From the NCBI GenBank assembly GCA_965214705.1, contig CBDCCI010000002.1, positions 1,120,001 to 1,184,000 of the forward strand: a DNA stretch of 64,000 nt, in the 5' to 3' direction. Below, piece after piece: positions 8,758 through 17,129 of the stretch. Every line of letters begins with the position of its first letter. Position 1 is the first letter of the stretch. Both the position numbers and the translations under genes were made by a program. The notes beneath the pieces are model-generated. The model had not been told where the DNA came from and searched no databases. It worked only from the letters and a program-made list of their open reading frames with translations. This DNA is from Alphaproteobacteria bacterium. GTDB taxonomy: Bacteria; Pseudomonadota; Alphaproteobacteria; UBA828.

Positions 8758-11151
8758 ATGAGCGACAGGCAGGACCGCATGCTCCGCATCACCGGCTACT
8801 CGGACCGCCTCTCGGTCCGGCCGGGCGAGACCATCACCTTCTACGTTCATTCCGAGGAAAACGAAGCCTACGAAGCGCAGATCGTGCGCCTGATCCACGG
8901 CGACACCAGCCCCGAAGGACCGGGCTTCAAGGAGGAGACGGTCGAGGCGGCCGTGAACGGTGCGTATCCAGGCGCGCATCAGCGGATCGATGCTGGCAGC
9001 TACATCGTCGTGCCGCACGATGAGCGATTTGATGTCACGAGCTTCACGCTCTGCGCCTACGTCTATCCCACGCTGCCGGCGCTCGGGATGCAGGGCCTGC
9101 TCACCAAGTGGAACGAGGCGGACGGCACGGGCTTCGGCCTCTTCATCGACGAGAATGCGAAGCTCTGCCTCCGGATCGGCCGGGGCGCTGGCGCCGAGGA
9201 ACGGGTCTCCAGCGGGCGACCTCTCTTCCGCAACGTCTGGTATCAGGTGAGCGCGTCGTACGATGCGGAGAGCGGGCTGGTCCGGCTGGTCCAGCGCCCC
9301 TGGGTGACAGCGGCCAACGGCGGCTTCGGCATGAGCCTGATCCACCCGCTGGAGGACACGGCCGCCGAGGTCGAGACCGTCATCACGCCTGGAACACCGG
9401 CGCCCAACGAATGCCCTTTCCTGATGGCCGCGAGCGTGGCCGAGCCGGACTCGGGCCGCACCATCTTCGGCGGCCATTTCGCGGGGCTCGCCGAGCCCTG
9501 GCCGATCCCGATCCACATCCACAAGTTCAACGGCCGGCTGGATCGCCCCAAGCTCGCGAACCGCGCGCTCACGCAGGCGGAGATCAACGCCCTCCTCGCC
9601 GGCGCCGGTATCGACCACCTGCCGCTCGCCGCCCGCGACCCCGTTGTCGGCGCCTGGGATTTTAGCGCCAACATCCGCGACAACGCGGCCTCCACCGAAA
9701 TCGTCGATACGGGCCCCTTCGCGCTCCACGGCCGCGGCGTCAACATGCCCATCCGCGCCATGCCGGGGTTCAACTGGACCTCCGACTATATGAGCTACCG
9801 CCACGGCAGGGAGGAATACGGCGCCATCCACTTCCACGACGAATCCGTGGACGACGCGCGCTGGGAGCCCGCCTTCACCCTCACCGTACCCGACGACCTC
9901 AAGAGCGGCGTCTACGCGGCGCGGCTGCGGATCGACGGTGTCGAATCGCCCGAGACCGAGGACTATCTGCCCTTCTTCGTTCGCCCGCCGGCAAGCGGGA
10001 CCACCGCGCGCATCGCGCTGGTGATGTCGACGGTGAGCTACCTCGCCTACGCCAACGACAATCTCGGCGTGACCTCGCCGGTCGCCCAGCTGCTCACCGC
10101 CCGCGCGCCGATGCTGCAGCCGAGCGACCTGCTGCTGAACAAGAAGGAAGCCTACGGCCTCGGCACCTATTCCACCTATCGGGACGGCTGGGGCGTGGAC
10201 ATCTCCTCGGCGCTCCGGCCGATCCTCAACATGCGGCCGAAATACACGCACCTCTTCTCGCCCTCGGTCTGGCAGTTCAATGCCGACCTCCACCTGGTCG
10301 ATTGGCTGGAGGCGATGGGCTACGCGGTCGATATCCATACCGAGGAGGACGTGCATCGGGAGGGCGTCGGACTGCTCGGCCAGTACCGCGTCGTGCTAAC
10401 CGCCCACCATCCGGAATACGTCTCCGAGCGGATCATGGACGCCTACCAGGAATACCAGCTCCGGGGCGGGCGCTGGCTCTATCTCGCGGCCAACGGCTTC
10501 TACTGGGTGACCGAGTTTCATCCGGACAACCCGAACCTGGTCGAGGTGCGGAAGGGTGATCAGGGCTCGCGCGCCTGGACCGGCATGCCCGGCGAATACT
10601 GCAACGCCTTCGACGGCAAACACGGCGGCGCCTGGCGCATTCGCGGGCGGCCGATGGCGAACCTGCTGGGCGTGAGCTTCACCTCGTTCGGGCTGACGCA
10701 GTCCTCCTACTACCGCCGCGCGCCGGACAGCGAGCGTGACGGGTGCGCCTGGATCTTCGAGGGCGTCGGCCGGGACGAGCCGATCGGCGACTTCGGACTG
10801 ATCGGCGGCGGTGCCGCCGGCCTGGAGCTCGACCGCGCCGACCTCGAACTCGGCACGCCGCACCGCGCCTTCCTGCTGGCCCATTCGGAAGGTCATTCAG
10901 ACATCTTCGTGCCGGTGACCGAGGAGATCACCTACTCATCGCGCGGCCAGCTTCTCACCGGCACCGGCGAGACCAACCCCAAGATCCGCGCGGACATGGT
11001 CTACTTCAAGACGCCGCAGGAGGGCGCGGTCCTCTCGGTGGGCTCGATGGCCTGGTGCGGCTCGCTCTCCCACAACGGCTACGACAACAACGTCTCCCGC
11101 ATCACCCGGAACGTGATCGACGGCTTCCTGCGCGACGGGCCTCTTCCCTGA
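8758..11151 (+). CDS. N,N-dimethylformamidase large (beta) subunit-like protein
   Basis: GYSDRLSVRPGETI start, LamG-like N-domain, YGAIHFH, SGVYAARL, SYLAYAN, ADLHLVDWLE, HHPEY, ANGFYW, GGGAAGLELDR, RADMVYF..VSRITRNV. Confidence 0.92.
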   Translation: MSDRQDRMLRITGYSDRLSVRPGETITFYVHSEENEAYEAQIVRLIHGDTSPEGPGFKEETVEAAVNGAYPGAHQRIDAGSYIVVPHDERFDVTSFTLCAYVYPTLPALGMQGLLTKWNEADGTGFGLFIDENAKLCLRIGRGAGAEERVSSGRPLFRNVWYQVSASYDAESGLVRLVQRPWVTAANGGFGMSLIHPLEDTAAEVETVITPGTPAPNECPFLMAASVAEPDSGRTIFGGHFAGLAEPWPIPIHIHKFNGRLDRPKLANRALTQAEINALLAGAGIDHLPLAARDPVVGAWDFSANIRDNAASTEIVDTGPFALHGRGVNMPIRAMPGFNWTSDYMSYRHGREEYGAIHFHDESVDDARWEPAFTLTVPDDLKSGVYAARLRIDGVESPETEDYLPFFVRPPASGTTARIALVMSTVSYLAYANDNLGVTSPVAQLLTARAPMLQPSDLLLNKKEAYGLGTYSTYRDGWGVDISSALRPILNMRPKYTHLFSPSVWQFNADLHLVDWLEAMGYAVDIHTEEDVHREGVGLLGQYRVVLTAHHPEYVSERIMDAYQEYQLRGGRWLYLAANGFYWVTEFHPDNPNLVEVRKGDQGSRAWTGMPGEYCNAFDGKHGGAWRIRGRPMANLLGVSFTSFGLTQSSYYRRAPDSERDGCAWIFEGVGRDEPIGDFGLIGGGAAGLELDRADLELGTPHRAFLLAHSEGHSDIFVPVTEEITYSSRGQLLTGTGETNPKIRADMVYFKTPQEGAVLSVGSMAWCGSLSHNGYDNNVSRITRNVIDGFLRDGPLP

Positions 11152-11162
11152 CGCGAACGCGA

Positions 11163-11191
11163 TTGAACGGCCCCCGGCCTGCGGATACCAT
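11163..11191 (+). promoter_or_regulatory. putative sigma70-type promoter for the nitrile hydratase genes
   Basis: TTGAAC-N17-TACCAT, 32 nt upstream of nthA ATG; GGAGAGG RBS follows. Confidence 0.45.
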
Positions 11192-11223
11192 CGGGGCAGG
11201 GCTGAGAAGGGAGAGGTTGGGCC

Positions 11224-11832
11224 ATGGCACACGATCACGCCCACAACGCGCCTCCATCCGAGACGGCGATGCGCGTGAAGGCTCTGGAGACGCTCCTCAC
11301 CGAGAAGGGTCTGCTTGACCCCGCCGCCATCGACACCCTGGTGGAGACCTACGAGACCAAGATCGGTCCGCGCAACGGCGCCAAGGTGGTGGCCCGTGCA
11401 TGGACCGACCCGGACTACAAGCAGAGGCTGCTCGAAGACGGGAGCGCGGCGATCGCCGAGCTCGGCTTCAGCGGCGTGCAGGGCGAGGACATGGTCGTCG
11501 TCGAGAACACCGACGACGTGCACAACCTGGTCACATGCACGCTCTGCTCCTGCTATCCGTGGCCGACACTCGGGCTGCCGCCCATCTGGTTCAAGAGCGC
11601 GCCGTACCGGGCTCGCTCGGTCATCGACCCGCGCGGGGTGCTCGAGGAATTCGGGGTCACGCTCTCCGACGATATCGAGGTGCGGGTGTGGGACAGCAGC
11701 GCCGAGCTCCGCTACCTGGTGCTGCCGCAGCGGCCGGCGGGGACGGAAGGCCTGAGCGAGGACGAGCTCGCGGCGTTGGTGACCCGCGATTCCATGATCG
11801 GCACGGCGCTGGTCGAAGCGCCCGCAAGCTGA
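11224..11832 (+). CDS. nthA: cobalt-type nitrile hydratase alpha subunit
   Basis: metal site [12 protein letters not shown] (Thr/Tyr = Co type); GAKVVARAW; [16 protein letters not shown]. Confidence 0.97.
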   Translation: MAHDHAHNAPPSETAMRVKALETLLTEKGLLDPAAIDTLVETYETKIGPRNGAKVVARAWTDPDYKQRLLEDGSAAIAELGFSGVQGEDMVVVENTDDVHNLVTCTLCSCYPWPTLGLPPIWFKSAPYRARSVIDPRGVLEEFGVTLSDDIEVRVWDSSAELRYLVLPQRPAGTEGLSEDELAALVTRDSMIGTALVEAPAS

Positions 11833-11859
11833 CCGGCCGGTTCCGAAGGGAGCACAGCG

Positions 11860-12174
11860 ATGAACGGCATCCATGACATGGGCGGCATGCAGTGCATGGG
11901 CCCGATTATCCGCGAGGAAAACGAGCCCCAGTTCCACGAGGAGTGGGAAGGCCGGGTCTTCGGCATGTTTTTCACCAACTTCGCCGAGGGCCACTTCAAC
12001 GTGGACATGTTCCGCCACGCCATCGAGCGGATGGGCCCGGCCGAGTATCTGGAGACCTCGTATTACGAGCACTGGCTGCACGTCTACGAGACCGTGCTGG
12101 TGGAACGGGGCATCCTGACCCAGGCCGAGATCGACGAGAAGATTGCCAGCCTTCGCCAAACGGGAGAGTCGTGA
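11860..12174 (+). CDS. nthB: nitrile hydratase beta subunit, N-terminal half (beta-1)
   Basis: MNGIHDMGGM, FHEEWEGRV, FRHAIERM, SYYEHW. Confidence 0.92.
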   Translation: MNGIHDMGGMQCMGPIIREENEPQFHEEWEGRVFGMFFTNFAEGHFNVDMFRHAIERMGPAEYLETSYYEHWLHVYETVLVERGILTQAEIDEKIASLRQTGES

Positions 12175-12527
12175 TGCCGACACTGACGCCTGAGATGGTT
12201 CCGGGTCTGGTCGCCGGCGGTGCGTCCTGCCGGATGGACGTGGACGTCGCGCCGAAGTTCAAGGTCGGCGACGCGGTCAAGGCCCGCGACATCAACCCCG
12301 TGTCCCACACCAGGCTGCCGCGCTACATCCGCGGCAGGACCGGACGGATCGCGCGCGATCACGGCGTCTTCGCGTTCCCCGACACGTCGGCTGCTTCGGG
12401 CACCCACTGCGACCCGCAGCACGTCTACAGCGTCCGCTTCGAGGGGAGCGAGCTCTGGGGCGACCACGCGAATGCGAACGCCTGCGTCTACATCGATCTC
12501 TTCGACGACTATCTCGATAGCGCATGA
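12174..12527 (+). CDS. nitrile hydratase beta subunit, C-terminal SH3-like half (beta-2)
   Basis: FKVGDAV, HTRLPRYIRG, HGVFAFPD, VYSVRF..ELWG, IDLFDDYL; ATG at 12174 in TGATG overlap with GGGAGA RBS at 12162-12167. Confidence 0.9.
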   Translation: MPTLTPEMVPGLVAGGASCRMDVDVAPKFKVGDAVKARDINPVSHTRLPRYIRGRTGRIARDHGVFAFPDTSAASGTHCDPQHVYSVRFEGSELWGDHANANACVYIDLFDDYLDSA

Positions 12528-12898
12528 GCGACGCGCCATCGGCCGACGACCTGCCGAAGCTTCCCTGGGAGGCTGAAGACGGGCCGGTCTTCAAGGAGCC
12601 GTGGGAGGCGACCGCTTTCGCCATGGCGGTCCGGCTGTCGGAGGCCGGCAAGTTCACCTGGTCCGAGTGGGTCGACTATCTCTCGGCGGAGATCGCGGCG
12701 GCGAAGCGAAGCGGCGATCCCGATCTCGGCGATCGCTACTACGAGCACTGGCTGAGCGCGCTCGAGAAGCTCGTGATCGACAAGGGCCTCGGTTCGGAGG
12801 CGGAGCTTGCCGGCCTCAAGCATGACTGGACCGAGGCGACGATCCACACCCCCCACGGCAAGCCCATCGAGCTGAAGAAGCGGACACCGGCCACCTGA
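12524..12898 (+). CDS. nitrile hydratase accessory/activator protein (P14K-like)
   Basis: PVFKEPWEATAFAMAV, FTWSEW, YYEHWLSALEKL, TPHGKPIEL; ATGA coupling. Confidence 0.92.
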   Translation: MSDAPSADDLPKLPWEAEDGPVFKEPWEATAFAMAVRLSEAGKFTWSEWVDYLSAEIAAAKRSGDPDLGDRYYEHWLSALEKLVIDKGLGSEAELAGLKHDWTEATIHTPHGKPIELKKRTPAT

Positions 12899-12961
12899 TC
12901 GGGCAGGCGCCGGTGCCGCGCGGATACGATTGCGCCGGTCGGCGCAGCGAGGAGACGACAA

Positions 12962-14146
12962 GTGCCAGGACCGCTCGACGGCTACCGCGTCATCGACCTC
13001 ACGTCGATGGTCTCGGGCCCCTTCGCCACCATGATGCTGGGCGACCAGGGCGCCGAGGTGATCAAGGTGGAGACCATTGGCCAGGGCGATCACACGCGCA
13101 CGGGCAGCAACCGCTCCAACGGACTCGCCTCGGGCTTTCTCAACGTCAACCGCAACAAGCGCTCCATCGCCGTCAACCTGAAGGACCCGCGCGGGCGCGA
13201 CGCCCTGGTCCGGCTCGCCGAGGGCGCCGATGTCTTCATCCAGAACTTCCGGCCGGGCGTGGTCGAGCGGCTGGGAGTCGCCGAGCCGGACATTCGGGTG
13301 GCAAACCCGGAGATCGTCTACGTCTCGATCAACGGGTTCGGCGAGAGCGGCCCCTACGCGCACAAGCGGGTCTACGACCCGATCATCCAGGCTGCGTCGG
13401 GCCTGGCTTCGGTCCAGGGCGGCTCGGACGATGCGCGCCCCCGCCTCGTGCGCACGATCCTGCCCGACAAGCTCACCGGCGTGACCGCAGCGCAGGCCGT
13501 CACCGCCGCGCTGCTCGCCCGCGAGCGCACGGGCGAGGGCCAGCACGTGCGCCTCTCCATGCTCGATGCCGTGGTCTCGTTCCTCTGGGCGTCGGACATG
13601 GGCGGCCAGACCTTCCTGGAACAGGCGCCGACGGAGCAACGTGCCGCGAGCTTCATCGACCTGATCTACGAGACGAAGGACGGCCACATGAGCGTCGCCG
13701 TGATGAGCGATCAGGAATGGGTCGGACTCACCCGCGCGCTGGAGCGGCCCGAGTGGCTGGAGGACGCGCGTTTCAAGACGCCGGCGCTCCGCGACGAGAA
13801 CATCGACGATCGCCTCTCGCTCACCCAGGAGGTGTTGCGCACGCGGACCACCGACGAGTGGATGGAGCGGCTGGAGGCCGAAGGCGTGCCCTGCGCGCCG
13901 GTGCTGACCCGGAGCGCGCTGGTGGAGCACCCGCAGGTCGCCGCCGCCGGCACGCTCGTCGAAGCCGACCATCCCGTCGCCGGCAGGATGCGCCAGGCGC
14001 GGCCCGCGGCGCGCTTCGAGGCGACGCCCAGCGCGATCCGCCGCGGCGCGCCTCTGCTCGGCGAGCACACGGACGAGCTGCTCGCCGAAGCCGGGCTTTC
14101 CGCCAGCGAGATCGCCGCGCTGCACGACGCCGGCGTCGTCGCCTGA
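12962..14146 (+). CDS. family III (CaiB/BaiF) CoA-transferase
   Basis: PLDGYRVIDL..GP, NRNKRSI, ADVFIQNFRPG, GFGESGPY, YD (catalytic Asp region), APLLGEHT. Confidence 0.93.
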   Translation: MPGPLDGYRVIDLTSMVSGPFATMMLGDQGAEVIKVETIGQGDHTRTGSNRSNGLASGFLNVNRNKRSIAVNLKDPRGRDALVRLAEGADVFIQNFRPGVVERLGVAEPDIRVANPEIVYVSINGFGESGPYAHKRVYDPIIQAASGLASVQGGSDDARPRLVRTILPDKLTGVTAAQAVTAALLARERTGEGQHVRLSMLDAVVSFLWASDMGGQTFLEQAPTEQRAASFIDLIYETKDGHMSVAVMSDQEWVGLTRALERPEWLEDARFKTPALRDENIDDRLSLTQEVLRTRTTDEWMERLEAEGVPCAPVLTRSALVEHPQVAAAGTLVEADHPVAGRMRQARPAARFEATPSAIRRGAPLLGEHTDELLAEAGLSASEIAALHDAGVVA

Positions 14147-14162
14147 GACCCCCACGTTCCCC

Positions 14163-15707
14163 ATGAGCTGGGAGAAGGAGGTCGACGAGCTCGCGCGCAA
14201 GCGAGCGCTCGCTCAGGCTCAGGGCGGGGAAGAGGGCGTCGCCCGTCAGCACGCCAGGGGACTGCTCACGATTCGTGAGCGGATCGACGCCATGCTCGAC
14301 GGCGGCTCGTTCAAGGAGCTTGGCGGCGCCTCGGGCGATGCCACCCGCGACGATGAGGGGCGGCTCACAGACTTCTCGCCGGCCAACTTCGTGCTCGGCT
14401 TCGGCACGGTGGACGGGCGCCGCTGCGTGATCGGCGGCGAGGACTTCACGCTCCGGGGCGGCTCGCCCAACGAGGCCGGCTTGCGCAAGAGCGTCTACGC
14501 GGAGGAGCTCGCCTGCACCTACCGCGTGCCTCTGGTGCGCCTGCACCAGGGCGCAGGCGGCAGCGTCGCCGGCTCCGGCTCGAGGACGGTGGGCACGCCG
14601 GTCAACGCCTCGCCGCGCTTCGCGTCCGTGGCGCGGGCGATGGCCACGGTGCCGGTCGCCTCTGCGGCGCTCGGCGCGGTCGCGGGCCTGCCAGCGGCGC
14701 GCCTCGTGGCCTCGCATTTTTCGGTGATGACCGAAGCGTCACAGGTGCTGGTCGCGGGCCCCGCCGTGGTCGCGCGCGCGCTCGGCCGGCGCCCGAGCAA
14801 GGAGGCGCTCGGCGGGCCGGAGGTGCATGTCAGGAACGGCGTCGTCGACAACCTGGTCGCGGACGAGCCCGCGGCCTTCGCCGAAATCCGGCGCTTTCTC
14901 AGCTACTTGCCGCCGAACGTCTGGGAGCTCGCCCCCTGCACGGCGGCCGACGATCCGGCGGATCGCCGCGCCGAGGAGCTGATCGAGATCGTGCCGCGCA
15001 ACCGGCGCAAGCTCTACGACATGCGGCGCGTAATAATGCTGGTGCTGGACGAGGGCTCGTTCTTCGAGATCGGCCGGCTCTATGGGCAAGGCACGATCAC
15101 CGGTCTCGCCCGGCTCGCGGGCCAGCCGGTCGGCGTGCTGGCCAACGACTGCTGGCACCTGGCCGGCGCGATGACCGCAGCGGGCTCCCAGAAGACCCGC
15201 CGCTTCATCGAGCTCTGCGACACCTTCCACCTACCCATCGTAAGCTTGGTCGACGAGCCCGGCTTCATGCTGGGCACGGAAGCGGAGAAGGCCGGCACGA
15301 TCCGCTTCGGCACCGCCGCCGTGCTGGCGGCGGCAAGCTCGGTGGTGCCCTGGGCGTCGGTGATCGTCCGCAAGGCGCACGGCGTCGCCGTGGCAGCGCA
15401 CTTCGGCCCGGACGGGTTCGTCGTTGCCTGGCCGTCGGCGGAGATGGGCGCGCTCCCGGTCGAGGGCGGCGTGGCGGTGGCCTTCGGCCGCCAGATCGCC
15501 AAGGCCGACGACCCCGTCGCGGAGCGCGAGCGCCTGGAGGAGGAGATGCTCGCGCGGCAATCCCCGGTGCCCCGCGCGGAGAGTTTTTCGTTCCACGACC
15601 TGATCGATCCGCGCGAGACTCGCCCGGTGCTCTGCGACTGGATCGCCCGCGTCCAGCCGCTGCTCCTGAACCTGAAGGGCCCGACGAGCTTTCCCGTGCG
15701 GCCTTAG
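14163..15707 (+). CDS. acyl-CoA carboxylase carboxyltransferase subunit family protein
   Basis: RQHARGLLTIRERI, DFTLRGGS, AGPAVV, LCDTFHLPIVSLVDEPGF, IDPRETR. Confidence 0.9.
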   Translation: MSWEKEVDELARKRALAQAQGGEEGVARQHARGLLTIRERIDAMLDGGSFKELGGASGDATRDDEGRLTDFSPANFVLGFGTVDGRRCVIGGEDFTLRGGSPNEAGLRKSVYAEELACTYRVPLVRLHQGAGGSVAGSGSRTVGTPVNASPRFASVARAMATVPVASAALGAVAGLPAARLVASHFSVMTEASQVLVAGPAVVARALGRRPSKEALGGPEVHVRNGVVDNLVADEPAAFAEIRRFLSYLPPNVWELAPCTAADDPADRRAEELIEIVPRNRRKLYDMRRVIMLVLDEGSFFEIGRLYGQGTITGLARLAGQPVGVLANDCWHLAGAMTAAGSQKTRRFIELCDTFHLPIVSLVDEPGFMLGTEAEKAGTIRFGTAAVLAAASSVVPWASVIVRKAHGVAVAAHFGPDGFVVAWPSAEMGALPVEGGVAVAFGRQIAKADDPVAERERLEEEMLARQSPVPRAESFSFHDLIDPRETRPVLCDWIARVQPLLLNLKGPTSFPVRP

Positions 15708-17035
15708 TTCGCCATCGCCCGAGCGCTCTCTCCGAGCGAGCGGCTGAACGGGCAGTCCGGCTTCAACGCTATGCGCTCGTTCGCGAGCGCCTGCGCGAGG
15801 CCGTGCTGGCCGTCGCGCATTGCAGCCTCGATGAGCGTGCGGTGGACGATGTCGCGCTGGGCGTGGCTGCCGCCGAAGGCCTGGGCTCGATAGCGCACGG
15901 GCATCAGCAGGTCCACCGTCTCGCCATAACGCTCGGCGCCGAAGGCGCGGACGCCGCGCAGGATGGGCAGACCCACCTCGCGAGTCATGCGGGCGTTGGT
16001 GCCCGACCCCTCCGCGATCTCCGCCGCCGCTCGCTCGAGCGCATCGGCGGCCCTGTCCCGGCCGGTCGCGACGTAGGCCATCATCGCGTGCATGTCGTTA
16101 AACGCGTAGAAGCCGTGCTCGCCAAGCGTCTCGTAGGTCGCGGTCAGCTCTTCGTAGCGCTCGCCGGTATCGATCCCGCGCAGGCGCAGGCGCCAGAGCA
16201 GCGCGGCGGCATCCAGCATCTCGAGCTGGATTTCCGAGGGCTCGGGCCTGAGCGCGCCGTCGTAAATCTCCAGCACCCGGTCGAAGCGGTCGTTGTCGAG
16301 ATTGAAGAGCGCGACGTGCCACCAGTTGTGGAAGGCGAAGCCGTTGTCGTCCTGCGCCCAGTGGGCCCGGCGCCCTTCCATGAAGGCGATGCCTTCCTCC
16401 TGCCGGGCCTGCATCTCCATGATGTGGCAGACCGCATGCTGCGCCCAGCAATCATCCGGCTCCAGCTCGATGGCCTGCCGGCCGGCGTCCTCCGCCGCGC
16501 CGTAGTCCCCGCATTCCTCCAGGCCGAAGGCGGCCATGCCGAGCAGGAAGCCGTATCCGGGGTCGTCCCGGCTGTAGGCCGGGAGCGCGCGGGCGACACG
16601 GCCGCGCAGGTTGTCCCGGTTGCCGAGGAAGAAATCGGAGAGATGGCCGACCTGGAGCGCCACCACGTCGCGCGGCTCGTCGGCGACGACCCGATCCAAC
16701 CGCGCCGCCATCCCGTCCCAGTCGCCGGCGGCCCAATCCGCAATCGCGGCGATGTGGGCCCGTTCGCGCTCCGAGGCCTTGCCCGCGAGCTCGTTGAGAC
16801 GGCCAAGCATCGCCTTGACGTCGGGCAGCACGCTCTGTTCCCAGAGCATGGTGTGCATCTCGGCGCGGAAGATATGCCCCGCCACGAAGTCCGGATCGTC
16901 CGTCAGCGCCCGATCTATGGTCTCCACCGCATCGCCCCGGTAGCACTGGAACTGGCGTATCGCCGTCTCCAGGATTTCCAGGCTCTTGGGATTGGTCGCC
17001 GATGTGGGCACGCCACGCGCGTCACTCAGGGCCAC
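15704..17035 (-). CDS. tetratricopeptide repeat protein, TTC38-like
   Basis: GMAAFGLEE, WAQHAVCH, FAFHNWWHVAL, DAAALLWRL, FNDMH, GGSHAQRD motifs. Confidence 0.85.
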   Translation of the reverse strand: MALSDARGVPTSATNPKSLEILETAIRQFQCYRGDAVETIDRALTDDPDFVAGHIFRAEMHTMLWEQSVLPDVKAMLGRLNELAGKASERERAHIAAIADWAAGDWDGMAARLDRVVADEPRDVVALQVGHLSDFFLGNRDNLRGRVARALPAYSRDDPGYGFLLGMAAFGLEECGDYGAAEDAGRQAIELEPDDCWAQHAVCHIMEMQARQEEGIAFMEGRRAHWAQDDNGFAFHNWWHVALFNLDNDRFDRVLEIYDGALRPEPSEIQLEMLDAAALLWRLRLRGIDTGERYEELTATYETLGEHGFYAFNDMHAMMAYVATGRDRAADALERAAAEIAEGSGTNARMTREVGLPILRGVRAFGAERYGETVDLLMPVRYRAQAFGGSHAQRDIVHRTLIEAAMRDGQHGLAQALANERIALKPDCPFSRSLGESARAMAN

Positions 17036-17129
17036 GGATCTGTCCTCTTGGTCGTCGGGAGCCGCTCAGGCGAAGCAAGCCAGCATTTGGGCGATCCGTC
17101 CAGCCGTTTCGGGTCGCCGCCGGGTGTGC

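Noticed and set aside
8257-10356. Very long antisense/alternative-frame ORFs (e.g. 8257-10356, 32590-34680, 52905-54749, 59285-61474)
   Set aside because: Shadow ORFs expected in high-GC DNA opposite well-supported genes; no recognisable motifs
11224-11250. His-rich N-terminus of NHase alpha as a novel metal tag
   Set aside because: Common in Co-type NHase alpha subunits
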